40,000 nt of DNA from Bacillus sp. JJ722 (GTDB lineage: Bacteria; Bacillota; Bacilli; Bacillales; DSM-1321): NCBI RefSeq assembly GCF_036963345.1, contig NZ_JBALMO010000018.1:1019-41018 (forward strand), read 5' to 3'. Positions within the stretch are counted from its first letter, which is position 1. Every line of letters starts with the position of its first letter. Below, in pieces: positions 1 through 9,466 of the stretch. Below the pieces are notes generated by a model. That model was not told where the DNA came from and made no database searches. It worked only from the letters and a program-made list of their open reading frames with translations. The translations under genes and the position numbers were made by a program.

Positions 1-1969
1 TTGGGTTTGTTGAGCTAGAATTCCCTGCTTTCTCTTTTAACGTATCCAACGTTTTCTCAACACTTTTTTGCAATTTATCAATTATGCCATTTTCACCACG
101 GAATAGTTGTTCAACAGATTGTGGGTCTTCTTCAATTGCTTTCTTCAACTTTTCTTCAGAAATTTCTAGCTTTCCTCCATCTAAATAATTTTTCGATGTG
201 GTAATACCTATTTTCGCTAGTTGATTATATTCACTAGAAATCTCATCATTCTGCACCGTACTATAAAAATCCATACGCATTTGAGAGAGTACATTAGTTA
301 GAATAGGGTCTCTTCGTAACAATCCACTTTTCGCTAAATTTTCCCATTTTTCTTCTTGTTTATCACTTAAACCTTCTCTTTCTTCATCTGTTAAAGGCTG
401 ATATTCTTTATATCTTTTTTCATTCAATTCGCCCTGAATAGTACCAATTATTTCATTATATTTATCTACGAAACCTTTAATATTATCATATACTTTTTGA
501 GTATCATTCGTAACCGCTATACTTACTGGGTTATTTTCAGTTCCATCAATATTAAAAGTTTGTTTTAGATTAAAAGTTACACCTTCAATTGTAAAGGTAT
601 TGGAACTACGATACGTTTCTAATCCATTGATTGTAAAATTTGCGTTTTTTGCATATGTTTTTGTTACGCCTTGACCAAACTGCAATGCGTTTTCAATGAA
701 AGCTCCCTTAAAAGATATTTGATCAGTGACCTCTCCTTTACCAGTGAGCTCTCCATCTTTCCCAAAACTCCCTGTTTCTGTTCGTGTTAAAGTCAACTGA
801 TTCTGAACCGTGTCATAAAACATAGACACACCTACTTTAGAATCATTGACTTCTTGCATAACATTATTTAACGTATCATTACCAGTAATGATAAAATTCT
901 CATATTGTGCACCAGAAGATGTATTAGTGTTCATCGAAAAAGTCGTGTATTGATGCGAATATTTCACTTCCAATGTATGACTAGTATTTTTATCAACTAC
1001 TGGAGCATCTTTTGAAAATTTCAATTCACCTGTTGTAGCGTCAATTGTTCCAATAATTGTATCCTTCCCATCTGTACTAACAATATTAATATTCTCACCA
1101 ACACCTGTTGTAACAGCTTTATATTGTGTTTCTTCTGTTTTTCCAGTATCTTTGTTGTACGTCTTTAACGTAAATAAAAGATCTTTACCTACTTCTTTAG
1201 GAAAGCTAAGACCTACTTGTGATAACTGAATAGTGGAATCGGGTGAAACAGATACCGTTTCTGATTTTAAATTCCCGATATAATCTACGCTAATTTTACT
1301 ACCTTTTTCTAATTCATTTTTGAAAACTAAAGAACCATCACTGCCTACTAACACTTGATTATCATTTACTGGTTCTGTTAATGCGGAATCGACTACCACT
1401 TCATACGATTTACCATTTACTTTAACACTCCATGATTCTAAATCTACCGTGGAATCTTTTATATTATTTGCATCTTTCGCCTTAACTAAATTAAATGTCT
1501 TTCCCGACTCGTTTACATCAATAGTTTCATTAATAACAGCTCCCTGACGCCAACCAAAATCAGCATCATTCTTTTGTGAAAAAGAATCTTTCCCTAAATA
1601 CAAACCTTTATTTGCATCTACTTTACCAATTGACCCACCATTTACTATTGTTTCTGCTTTCGCAAGTTGCTTAACTTGTGAAATAGAGTAAGCAGTTGGA
1701 TTTGCATTTCCTGTAGCTGTAGCCGTAATTCTACTATCATCAGAAGAAGCAACTGACCTTACTCGATACGGAGTAGTCAACTTCATGTTTGATAATTCAT
1801 TATATCTAAAATTAAATAATAATGTATTCATTGCTCGATAATCATCACGTTGCCATTCTAATATCTGTTTCTTCTTCGTTAATTTATCTAAAGGAACACG
1901 TTCCGCTTTCATCATATCCGAGACAATGGAATCTATATCCATTCCACTCGCTAAACCACCAATTCGCAT
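1..1969 (-). CDS. fliD: flagellar filament cap protein FliD (hook-associated protein 2); C-terminal end runs off the window start
   Basis: Absent from the ORF track because it has no stop in the window. My reverse-complement translation from the ATG at 1969..1967 (GGAGGA RBS upstream) gives MRIGGLASGMDIDSIVSDMMKAERVPLDKLTKKKQILEWQRDDYRAMN..., the canonical FliD N-terminus. The frame stays open to position 1. It follows flaG as in B. subtilis. Confidence 0.85.
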   Translation of the reverse strand, partial: MRIGGLASGMDIDSIVSDMMKAERVPLDKLTKKKQILEWQRDDYRAMNTLLFNFRYNELSNMKLTTPYRVRSVASSDDSRITATATGNANPTAYSISQVKQLAKAETIVNGGSIGKVDANKGLYLGKDSFSQKNDADFGWRQGAVINETIDVNESGKTFNLVKAKDANNIKDSTVDLESWSVKVNGKSYEVVVDSALTEPVNDNQVLVGSDGSLVFKNELEKGSKISVDYIGNLKSETVSVSPDSTIQLSQVGLSFPKEVGKDLLFTLKTYNKDTGKTEETQYKAVTTGVGENINIVSTDGKDTIIGTIDATTGELKFSKDAPVVDKNTSHTLEVKYSHQYTTFSMNTNTSSGAQYENFIITGNDTLNNVMQEVNDSKVGVSMFYDTVQNQLTLTRTETGSFGKDGELTGKGEVTDQISFKGAFIENALQFGQGVTKTYAKNANFTINGLETYRSSNTFTIEGVTFNLKQTFNIDGTENNPVSIAVTNDTQKVYDNIKGFVDKYNEIIGTIQGELNEKRYKEYQPLTDEEREGLSDKQEEKWENLAKSGLLRRDPILTNVLSQMRMDFYSTVQNDEISSEYNQLAKIGITTSKNYLDGGKLEISEEKLKKAIEEDPQSVEQLFRGENGIIDKLQKSVEKTLDTLKEKAGNSSSTNP

Positions 1970-1983
1970 AAATAGATCCTCCT

Positions 1984-2331
1984 CTAAATCTTTTTATCTA
2001 CCAATAATCCTAAAAATTCTGTCATCGAAGCATATATATCTAACATCTTTTTAGGAGGAATTTCTTTAATCACTTCTTGTGTAACATTATCTACAATTGC
2101 AACATAATACTCTTGTAATTCTTCATGAAATTCAAACTTCAGATGTGTATTTGATACCTGCAAAAACTGATTCATACTATTTACTACATTTTCTATATCT
2201 TCTTTTAAATACCCTGAAGAAACTAAATCTTCTTGTTGGTTGTCTTGAATAACTTCTTGTCCAACCTTATTTTTTGTGTCAACAGCCTTAGACGATATTA
2301 TAGGTAAAGATTTTGATAACTTATCGATCAA
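1984..2331 (-). CDS. flaG: flagellar protein FlaG
   Basis: 115 aa. The C-terminal LKFEFHEELQEYYVAIVDNVTQEVIKEIPPKKMLD matches the FlaG family pattern. It lies between hag and fliD. Confidence 0.8.
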   Translation of the reverse strand: MIDKLSKSLPIISSKAVDTKNKVGQEVIQDNQQEDLVSSGYLKEDIENVVNSMNQFLQVSNTHLKFEFHEELQEYYVAIVDNVTQEVIKEIPPKKMLDIYASMTEFLGLLVDKKI

Positions 2332-2370
2332 TAAAACTCTCTCCTCTCAATCAACTTCGCCTTTATGTAT

Positions 2371-2397
2371 ATATCGGATTAATAACTATATTTTTTA
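2371..2397 (-). promoter_or_regulatory. sigma-D-type promoter upstream of flaG-fliD (TAAA-N15-TCCGATAT)
   Basis: On the minus strand, TAAA (2397..2394), an exact 15-nt spacer, then TCCGATAT (2378..2371), 40 nt upstream of the flaG ATG. The consensus is TAAA-N15-GCCGATAT. Confidence 0.55.
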
Positions 2398-2522
2398 TAC
2401 ATAGTGGTACTTTAATAAATAATTGATTATATAAGTTATAAAATAACCCTTACACTTTAAAGGAAGTAGGACTACTGTTTTTTAAACATTTATCTTCTTT
2501 CCATTTATACCTTCTTCATAAA

Positions 2523-2554
2523 ACAAAAAAGAGACTCTAGAAAATCTAGAGTCT
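2523..2554 (-). terminator. rho-independent terminator of hag
   Basis: Perfect 10-bp stem GAGACTCTAG/CTAGAGTCTC (2530..2539 / 2545..2554) with a 5-nt loop. A U-run follows on the minus strand (A-run at 2524..2529), 16 nt after the hag stop. Confidence 0.8.
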
Positions 2555-2569
2555 CTCTCTTTAAAAATA

Positions 2570-3790
2570 TTAACGTAATAATTGAAGAACACCTTGTGGT
2601 TGTTGGTTAGCTTGAGCAAGCATAGCTTGAGCAGCTTGTTGTAAGATGTTATTCTTAGTCATTTCCATCATTTCTTTAGCCATGTCAACGTCACGGATAC
2701 GAGACTCAGCAGCTGTTAAGTTCTCAGAAGATGTACCTAAGTTGTTAATTGTATGCTCTAAACGGTTTTGGTTTGCACCTAGTTTAGAACGTTCAGTTGA
2801 TACTTTATCAATTGCTCCTTGAATAACAGTGACAGCATTAGCAGCGTTAGCATGGTTAGAAACATCTAATGCATTTTCAACATTTGTTGAATCTGTACCA
2901 TTATTTACTGTTGCAGTAGTAGTGAACTTATCACCTGTTCCAGTAATACCTAATTTTTCTGCTCTCATATCAGCAATCTCAAGAGACATACTTTGATTTT
3001 CATTAGCTCCAATTTGGAACTTCAATTCAACACCAGCTTCTACTGCTGGTTTAGCCGCTACTGCTGTTACACCTGCTACATCTTCTGTTGCTCCTGTTAA
3101 AGCTGTGCCAGAAGCTACTTTTTGTGTAAATTCAATTCCGTCACCCGCAGCATTTTTCTTAATATCATAAGTAGAAGTTAGATCAGTATCTTTATTTATT
3201 AATGCTAATAATTGATCTGTATCTTTAAAAGTAGTTACTCCATCACCAGTAGTACTATAAGTGAAGGTCTTGCCTCCAATAGTATGATCTGCTGTACCAG
3301 TCGCAACTGAATATTCACCTTTTACACCGACTACCCCAGCAACAGCATTAGCTGCTTGTGTAGTAGTATCTTTACTACCATCTAATAGCTTTTGAGTATT
3401 GAACTCAGTAGTGTTACCGATACGGTTGATTTCAGAAGTCAATTGGTTGATTTCTTTTTGCATTTCTTCACGGTCTTGAGTTGTATTAGTGTCGTTACCA
3501 GCTTGTACAGCTAGCTCACGCATACGTTGTAGAATAGAATGTGTTTCGTTTAATGCACCTTCAGCAGTTTGGATTAAAGAAATACCATCTTGTGCATTTT
3601 TTGAAGCCATGTCTAATCCACGAACTTGTCCACGCATTTTTTCAGAGATAGCAAGACCAGCTGCGTCATCTCCAGCACGGTTGATGTTTAAACCTGATGA
3701 TAATTTTTCCATGTTTTTAGATGCTGCAGTTTGGTTAGCACCCATTTGACGATACGTGTTTAAAGCTGAGATATTGTGATTAATTCTCAT
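2570..3790 (-). CDS. hag: flagellin
   Basis: 406 aa. It has the conserved flagellin N-terminus (MRINHNISALNTYRQ...LSSGLNINRAGDDAAGLAISEKMRGQVRGL) and C-terminus (GANQNRLEHTINNL...AQANQQPQGVLQLLR), with a variable central domain. Confidence 0.95.
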   Translation of the reverse strand: MRINHNISALNTYRQMGANQTAASKNMEKLSSGLNINRAGDDAAGLAISEKMRGQVRGLDMASKNAQDGISLIQTAEGALNETHSILQRMRELAVQAGNDTNTTQDREEMQKEINQLTSEINRIGNTTEFNTQKLLDGSKDTTTQAANAVAGVVGVKGEYSVATGTADHTIGGKTFTYSTTGDGVTTFKDTDQLLALINKDTDLTSTYDIKKNAAGDGIEFTQKVASGTALTGATEDVAGVTAVAAKPAVEAGVELKFQIGANENQSMSLEIADMRAEKLGITGTGDKFTTTATVNNGTDSTNVENALDVSNHANAANAVTVIQGAIDKVSTERSKLGANQNRLEHTINNLGTSSENLTAAESRIRDVDMAKEMMEMTKNNILQQAAQAMLAQANQQPQGVLQLLR

Positions 3791-3800
3791 TTTATAGTTC

Positions 3801-3834
3801 CTCCTTGAATATATAAGTTCACATCCTTGTGAAC
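3801..3834 (-). promoter_or_regulatory. hag 5' leader CsrA-binding elements: a GGA-loop hairpin plus a GGA-containing Shine-Dalgarno
   Basis: The minus-strand RNA reads GUUCACA-AGGA-UGUGAAC (3834..3817). This is a 7-bp stem presenting AGGA in the loop, followed by AAGGAGGA (SD, ending near 3801) before the AUG at 3790. This is the arrangement known for CsrA repression of B. subtilis hag. Confidence 0.6.
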
Positions 3835-3887
3835 TCTATTGAATTTGAAAGGGTGACGACTGTTCATCACTTTCCTTTACAATATAT

Positions 3888-3914
3888 ATATCGTCGAGCT
3901 TTCTATTTGGTTTA
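3888..3914 (-). promoter_or_regulatory. sigma-D-type promoter of hag (TAAA-N15-GACGATAT)
   Basis: On the minus strand, TAAA (3914..3911), a 15-nt spacer, then GACGATAT (3895..3888), about 98 nt upstream of the hag ATG. A 5' stem-loop GUGAUGA-ACAG-UCGUCAC follows. Confidence 0.7.
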
Positions 3915-3956
3915 GTATTAATTGCAAATTTTTTTATAAAATTTGCACATTTAGTC

Positions 3957-4178
3957 TTATTCCTTTATTCCTAATATCTTTTCTATATTACTTACATTAT
4001 TAAGAGCATTTTTATTTTCATTTCGAATGTTTTCATATATTTCTTTACGATGGATTTCGATATCTTTAGGAGCTGCAATGCCTAGTTTAATTTGATCACC
4101 TTTCACTTCTACTACAGTTAATTCGATTTGTTCTCCAATAATAATGGATTCTCCAACTTTTCTTGTAAGTACTAACAT
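3957..4178 (-). CDS. csrA: carbon storage regulator / translational repressor CsrA
   Basis: 73 aa. [48 protein letters not shown] is the near-invariant CsrA core. Confidence 0.95.
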   Translation of the reverse strand: MLVLTRKVGESIIIGEQIELTVVEVKGDQIKLGIAAPKDIEIHRKEIYENIRNENKNALNNVSNIEKILGIKE

Positions 4179-4182
4179 TTAA

Positions 4183-4620
4183 TCACCCCTGCGCTACTTT
4201 TGAAGATAGAATATGTTTAGTTCTATAAGGTGATTCATGTAAGATAACTTGCTTTCCTTGATGGTTCTTCATATTTAATATAATTGGCGCTTGTAAATTT
4301 GCAGTAGACGTTTCTAGAGAATCTCCTAATGTTAAAATAACTAGGGGCAAAACATCATTTCTGTTTTCTAATTCCAATAAAGAAATAACATTGTCATCTA
4401 GGGTAAAATCGTAGTCTTGAAAAAATACAAATGGGTTCGTTACAATGAAGGCAACTTCTCTATGTGATACCGATTGTAAAATGGAGAATACTTCATTATT
4501 GGCTAATGGATATAGTACAAATTTTTTCTCCTCTACAAATCCAGGTACTCCATTTGGAAAGTACCAAAGGTCTTGCTCGTCTACTTCTATTAGGTCATGA
4601 TATTTTGTGGAGATTTCCAT
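4183..4620 (-). CDS. fliW: flagellar assembly factor FliW (CsrA antagonist)
   Basis: 145 aa with FPNGVPGF and LQAPIILN-type motifs. It lies immediately upstream of csrA, as in Bacillus. Confidence 0.9.
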   Translation of the reverse strand: MEISTKYHDLIEVDEQDLWYFPNGVPGFVEEKKFVLYPLANNEVFSILQSVSHREVAFIVTNPFVFFQDYDFTLDDNVISLLELENRNDVLPLVILTLGDSLETSTANLQAPIILNMKNHQGKQVILHESPYRTKHILSSKVAQG

Positions 4621-4633
4621 TTATATTTTCCCC

Positions 4634-5203
4634 CTATGCTTGAAAATTGACATTCACATAATCAATATTTAAAGATTCTCGTTGTCTTAACCCTACTTCA
4701 ACCTTACCTGGTGTGTAATCTAGAGTTGGTTTATTCGTTTTCGTATTATTAATTACTTTATTGACTTGTACCTGAATATCTACTTTACTAGGTTCATAAT
4801 GTAATTTAACACTAAATAACGGAGGGACGAATCCTATATTGAATTGCTTTTCTGGCCTTTCACTGTTTTGCTTAGCATGTGCAGCAATTGGGTTCCCACC
4901 ATCTTCAATTCTCATCAATTCTTCGCCTTCTTTAGCTCTTCTTGCGATTCCTTCTAGCCATTCTTTATGTCCTTCATCAGCGAATTCTTCAATTCTTTTC
5001 TTAATCGACTTCAAGTCAATCGATTCTCTTGCAGCAGTTTGATCAATTGTCAACTTAGATGGTGTTGTTTCCATCTTCAATTCAGCTGGTGGCTGTTGTA
5101 AATCTAAATCTGCACGGGGCTGCTGTTGCTCGATAATTGCGTTTTTTGGCTGTAAAGAAATTAATGCCGGCTGTGATTGAATTCTTATTTGTGGCAATCT
5201 CAC
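4634..5203 (-). CDS. yviE: YviE-like protein (DUF6470 family), flagellar locus protein of unknown function
   Basis: 189 aa with a GTG start and an AGAGGTGA RBS. Its position between flgL and fliW and its size match B. subtilis yviE. Confidence 0.6.
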   Translation of the reverse strand: MRLPQIRIQSQPALISLQPKNAIIEQQQPRADLDLQQPPAELKMETTPSKLTIDQTAARESIDLKSIKKRIEEFADEGHKEWLEGIARRAKEGEELMRIEDGGNPIAAHAKQNSERPEKQFNIGFVPPLFSVKLHYEPSKVDIQVQVNKVINNTKTNKPTLDYTPGKVEVGLRQRESLNIDYVNVNFQA

Positions 5204-5271
5204 TTATAATCACCTCTTTTTGACTTTACAAAGAAAAGCTATCCCCATGGAATAGCTTCTATATATTTATA

Positions 5272-6162
5272 TCATCTTAAAAAATCCATAAGTGTTGGTT
5301 GGATAATTTTCGCTCCCGCAGCCATAGCTGCACGATGTACACTCTCTTGAGATGTTAAATCAATAATCGTTCTTTCCAAATCGATATCTTCATTATCTGA
5401 AAGAATACGTGTAGAGAATACCTCCTGGCTATCCAATCGATCTTCCATAAGCTCTACTCGATTTTGTCTAGCGCCAATACTAGCTCTCTCTTTTAATAGA
5501 TTATCAATTTGTTCATCTAGTTTCCCTAAAAAAGCATTAATATCATCTGAAGTGCTGGTTTCATCATTTAATGTATCAATTAGGTCAGATAGTACACCAT
5601 TACTAGTAGATGTCCCTACAATACTTGGAAACAAATCTCCACCTTCAGTATTCACTGGTAGCTTAATTCCATTAAACACTTCGACCTCAATAGAGCCCGT
5701 TCCAGCGTAATCATTTTCCGAAGGTTTTTGGTCTGTTTTAGTACCTCCAAAAATGTATTTTCCGCCAATTTGACTATCTCCAATATTTGAAATTTGCTCC
5801 TTTAATTGCTCGATTTCAGTTGCAACATATGATCTCTGACTTTCTTCAAGTGTACCATTACTAGCTTGTACTGTTAGCTCACGAACTTTTTGCATAGCAA
5901 GGACAACATGATTTAAAGCATCATCGGTTGTGTCAACCCAGCTTTTCACTTCACCAATGTTTTGTTGATATTGCTCTATACGGTTTAAGTCTGTTCGATA
6001 GCCCATTGCACGCATTGCAGCAACCGGATTATCAGATGGTTTCGTAAATTTCTTACCTGTTATCAGCTGATCATTAAGAGTACCTAATCTACTATAGCTA
6101 TTAGTTATATGCCTTAACGTATTATTACTCAACATTGATTGTGTAACACGCATATTTATCAA
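5272..6162 (-). CDS. flgL: flagellar hook-filament junction protein FlgL (HAP3)
   Basis: 296 aa with flagellin-like N- and C-terminal helices (MRVTQSM...; GARQNRVELMEDRL...). It follows flgK. Confidence 0.9.
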   Translation of the reverse strand: MINMRVTQSMLSNNTLRHITNSYSRLGTLNDQLITGKKFTKPSDNPVAAMRAMGYRTDLNRIEQYQQNIGEVKSWVDTTDDALNHVVLAMQKVRELTVQASNGTLEESQRSYVATEIEQLKEQISNIGDSQIGGKYIFGGTKTDQKPSENDYAGTGSIEVEVFNGIKLPVNTEGGDLFPSIVGTSTSNGVLSDLIDTLNDETSTSDDINAFLGKLDEQIDNLLKERASIGARQNRVELMEDRLDSQEVFSTRILSDNEDIDLERTIIDLTSQESVHRAAMAAGAKIIQPTLMDFLR

Positions 6163-6167
6163 CTCCT

Positions 6168-7733
6168 TTATCTACCAACAATACCCATTCCATTAATAAT
6201 TTTATCTAGCATCTCGTCAACTATTGTTATATTACGAGCACTTGCATTGTAAGCGTGTTGATATTTAATCATATTAATCATCTCTTCATCTAATGAGACC
6301 GCACTAACAGATTGACGTCGTTCATCGATTGATGCGGCAATAACACTTGCATTACCGAAATCTTGCTTTGCGCTTAGTGAAACGACACCTAACTTTCCTA
6401 TAATACCAGAATAATAAGTATCTAGATTTCCTGATAATCCTTCCGGTACTGTTGTAGAATATTCGGCAAAAGATTTTGTTTTTAGGTCAGCTAACTTTTG
6501 AGCATTTTTATTATTACCTGCATCGCCATTTCCTAATCCTGCTGCTATTTGTGATGGATCTTTCATATCACTGTTCAATTTAATATTCTTAGCATAATCA
6601 GTTGTATTTGAATCAAATACAAAGAAATCTTTACCGCTAATACCTCCATTTAGAGTGTACCCTTCTCTATGTATAGCATTAAACTCATCAGCAAAAGCTT
6701 TAGCCATTTTATTTAACTGGTCTAGCATCTCAGGATAATGCCCTTTCGTTTCCGCTCCATCTGAATAACCATAACTTTCAATTAGTGCAGCTAACTCACC
6801 TGAAAAATTCAACTCATTCCCCGGAAGAGACTCACTCCCTACCGTTAGTCCAGTGACGGGTCCTGTAAGTGGGTCCGGCTGTATTTTGATTGTGTTAGGT
6901 TGTTGAAGTTCTCCTGTACTATTTACTTCTAATAAATTTATTGGATTACCATCAGAACCTGTATAAGAAGTCCCATCTGCCTTTACCAATTCAATATTAT
7001 AAAGACCTTCAGCAATTACTTTCGCATTTCCATACTCATCAGGCTTCACTTTTGTTACTTTAATATTGATTAATCCTGAAAGCTTGTCTACCAAAGCATC
7101 ACGGGCATCATATAAATCATTCGGTAAGAAACCATGCGGTTCCACTTCAGCTATTTGCTGATTTAATTGATGAATACTATTTAACGTATCATTAATATCC
7201 TTTGCTGTAACTGCAATCTGATTCCCCAAATCCTGTTGCACACGACTTAAAGAATTGTAGTAATAATTGAATGTATCTGCGACCATTTGTCCTGTAGAAG
7301 CTACAACATCACGAGCACCACTATTCTCTGTATTATTCGCTAACGTTTGTAGCGAATTCCAGAATTTCTCCATAGTGCTATGCAAACCGCTTGTTGATGG
7401 TTCATTCATAATTTCTTCCATTTTTACTAATGAATCTCTCATACCACCATAATAACCTAGGTTGGTATTCTGTGTGCGAAGCTGAGTATCTATGAAACTA
7501 TCACGTACACGTGTAATCGATCCAGCCTCAACCCCTGTACCCATTTGACCAGGGAAACCAGGTCGATTTAAACCTGGACTTGGATAAGGAGTTGATTGTA
7601 CAAAATCAACTCTCTGTCTTGAATATCCCGGTGTATTCGCATTCGCAATATTATGTCCGGTTACATATAATCCCCCTTGTTGTGCATACATACCACGCTT
7701 TGCCGTTTCTAATCCAAAAAAGGTTGAACGCAT
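6168..7733 (-). CDS. flgK: flagellar hook-associated protein FlgK (HAP1)
   Basis: 521 aa. The N-terminus MRSTFFGLETAKRGMYAQQGGLYVTGHNIANANTPGYSRQ is the FlgK/rod-family signature. Confidence 0.92.
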   Translation of the reverse strand: MRSTFFGLETAKRGMYAQQGGLYVTGHNIANANTPGYSRQRVDFVQSTPYPSPGLNRPGFPGQMGTGVEAGSITRVRDSFIDTQLRTQNTNLGYYGGMRDSLVKMEEIMNEPSTSGLHSTMEKFWNSLQTLANNTENSGARDVVASTGQMVADTFNYYYNSLSRVQQDLGNQIAVTAKDINDTLNSIHQLNQQIAEVEPHGFLPNDLYDARDALVDKLSGLINIKVTKVKPDEYGNAKVIAEGLYNIELVKADGTSYTGSDGNPINLLEVNSTGELQQPNTIKIQPDPLTGPVTGLTVGSESLPGNELNFSGELAALIESYGYSDGAETKGHYPEMLDQLNKMAKAFADEFNAIHREGYTLNGGISGKDFFVFDSNTTDYAKNIKLNSDMKDPSQIAAGLGNGDAGNNKNAQKLADLKTKSFAEYSTTVPEGLSGNLDTYYSGIIGKLGVVSLSAKQDFGNASVIAASIDERRQSVSAVSLDEEMINMIKYQHAYNASARNITIVDEMLDKIINGMGIVGR

Positions 7734-7763
7734 AACCGTTCCTCCGTTTCCATTTGTTTATTT

Positions 7764-8252
7764 TTATGCTTGTGAATCAAACATGCTTCGCTTCGGAGGT
7801 TGTTGACTAGTTTGTGCAGGTTTGTCATAGTTAAATACAGCATCCTGTGGTCTAAGCATGTCTAATGTTAGATTGATGTATTGTAGTGAATTAAAGATTA
7901 ACTTTTGATTTAAATTATTTTTATGTTTAAGTTCATTAATGATTTGTAACAGTTCTTCTCTTTGAGCAGTCAACTTTTCTTTTTCGTGATTTTGTACGTA
8001 AGAAATGACATCTACCATATTTGAAGTTGAAGCAGTTGGGTGTTGAACGAAGAAAGCTTTTACTTCTTTTTGACGTTGGCTTTCAACTTGATTAATAGCC
8101 TTCACATGCTTTTGCTCTTCATTCAACAACTTCTCTAGTGTCTCTATATTATTCTTCGTAATAGCTTCTGTTTTTTGTTCTGCAAGCTTTAAGAGACTTT
8201 TATGGAGCTTAATTAATTGATCGAGTTGCTTAATAATTGATGCGGCAGTCAT
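7764..8252 (-). CDS. flgN: flagellar export chaperone FlgN (YvyG)
   Basis: 162 aa, helical, FlgN-like (LIKLHKSLLKLAEQKTEAITKNNIETLEKLLNEEQ). It lies between flgM and flgK. Confidence 0.7.
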   Translation of the reverse strand: MTAASIIKQLDQLIKLHKSLLKLAEQKTEAITKNNIETLEKLLNEEQKHVKAINQVESQRQKEVKAFFVQHPTASTSNMVDVISYVQNHEKEKLTAQREELLQIINELKHKNNLNQKLIFNSLQYINLTLDMLRPQDAVFNYDKPAQTSQQPPKRSMFDSQA

Positions 8253-8296
8253 GTTGATCCTCCTCTTCCCTTCGAGTCTCGTAACGGAAGTTGATG

Positions 8297-8560
8297 TTAC
8301 TTCTTCGAATAAAAGTCAACTAAACTTCTTGCCGTTCCTCTTGGATCTAGTTTATATGTTCCGTTTTCGACGGAAAGCTTCAATTGTTGAACCTTTTCTT
8401 GTCTTTGCGCCACAATCTGTGAAGATTGCTGTAAATCCTTTGCAGTAGTAGAAATTTCGATTTTGTCTTTTTTATTGAAAAGAGACTGTTTTGCTTCTAA
8501 TTTATTGAGATTTGTCTTATAAGGATTCATCCCAGTTGGACCTACATTATTGATTTTCAT
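8297..8560 (-). CDS. flgM: anti-sigma-28 (anti-sigma-D) factor FlgM
   Basis: The track ORF starts at a GTG (8575). The ATG at 8560 has a GAGGGAAG RBS 5 nt upstream, giving MKINNVGPTGMNPYK.... The C-terminal VENGTYKLDPRGTARSLVDF is FlgM-like. Confidence 0.8.
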   Translation of the reverse strand: MKINNVGPTGMNPYKTNLNKLEAKQSLFNKKDKIEISTTAKDLQQSSQIVAQRQEKVQQLKLSVENGTYKLDPRGTARSLVDFYSKK

Positions 8561-8607
8561 ATTCACTTCCCTCACTTTCGAAACCGTAACACATCATCTT
8601 ACATACA

Positions 8608-8634
8608 ATATCGGTCATTATTTAATAAGTTTTA
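8608..8634 (-). promoter_or_regulatory. sigma-D-type promoter of the flgM operon (TAAA-N15-ACCGATAT)
   Basis: On the minus strand, TAAA (8634..8631), a 15-nt spacer, then ACCGATAT (8615..8608), 48 nt upstream of the flgM ATG. Confidence 0.65.
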
Positions 8635-8794
8635 ATTTATTGTAACATTTTTTAGTAATGCATAAAAAAACCGTCATCTGCCCTTTTTGGTCAAATTACC
8701 TATTCGAAAAAATAAGCTAAAACCTCATAAATATAAGTGTAACCTTGTATTTATACAAATCCAATAGTAGGTTTCCTACATAAATTAGCTAAAG

Positions 8795-8822
8795 AAAAAA
8801 ACCGCATGACATCATCACGCAG
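8795..8822 (-). terminator. possible intrinsic terminator after yvyF copy 1
   Basis: The minus-strand RNA CUGCGUGA-UGAUG-UCAUGCGG forms an 8-bp stem with two G-U pairs, followed by U7, directly after the stop at 8824. Confidence 0.4.
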
Positions 8823-8823
8823 T

Positions 8824-9240
8824 TTACTGATTTTCTTTCGTATAGAAAGTTATTCTTCTTTCTCTTTCTAATATTTCTTCCTTACGTTTTTCTTCTTGTT
8901 CGAATGTTTTTAATTGGTGTTGCATGTTGCTAGTACAGGCTGTACAATATTTACCTTCATGGATAAGGGAGCCACAACTTTCGCATCTGTATCCTAGGTT
9001 TGGGAATTGCGATGTCTTCAATCTACCCATTCTAACAAATTTAACTAGTAGATCTTCATCGACACCTGTATCTTCAATAACTTGCTCCATCGTAGCCTTA
9101 CGATTTTCTTTTTTCCTTATATATTGATACACTTTCTCGAAGATTAACTCCTCTTCTTTAAAACATTTATCGCACACATCTCGAAATTTTGTTCTAAGAA
9201 ATATACCATTACAATTAGGACAATTAGAAATGTCCCCCAT
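8824..9240 (-). CDS. yvyF: YvyF-family flagellar operon zinc-ribbon protein (TIGR03826-like), copy 1
   Basis: 138 aa with an N-terminal CPNC...CDKC and a C-terminal CESC...CTAC. It lies upstream of flgM as in B. subtilis. Confidence 0.75.
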   Translation of the reverse strand: MGDISNCPNCNGIFLRTKFRDVCDKCFKEEELIFEKVYQYIRKKENRKATMEQVIEDTGVDEDLLVKFVRMGRLKTSQFPNLGYRCESCGSLIHEGKYCTACTSNMQHQLKTFEQEEKRKEEILERERRITFYTKENQ

Positions 9241-9466
9241 AAGTAGAATCCCCCTTCACACTTAGATAATCCATGAAACTAGTTAGAATTTACTGTTTTT
9301 TATATTATATAATAAAAATGAAGCATTGTTATTCAATTTTCTAACAAGTTCGTAAACAATATAAGAAAAGCGGAAGCGCCCGTTTTGCTCTGTATGGACC
9401 TGAGCTATACACCACGCGAAATGATATACTTTCTTATCTCTTAAGAAAAGCTAGTAAGGGATTATA

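Noticed and set aside
3489-3749. Plus-strand track ORFs antisense to the flagellar genes (3489..3749, 4839..5042, 7267..7452, 8251..8448, 8924..9127, 11454..11714)
   Set aside because: They lie entirely inside strongly supported minus-strand genes. They have low-complexity, Ser/Leu/Cys-rich translations and no RBS. These are typical shadow ORFs.
9355-9425. A GC-rich island in the yvyF-yvyF spacer whose minus strand reads GCGTGGTGTATAGCTCAGGTCCATACAGAGC..., resembling a tRNA acceptor and D-arm
   Set aside because: Only a D-arm-like GCTC...GAGC stem with an oversized loop is present. I could fold no anticodon arm, T-arm or 3' acceptor. It is possibly a weak terminator (CGG/CCG plus A4/T4) or a degenerate remnant. 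It is not callable as an RNA gene.
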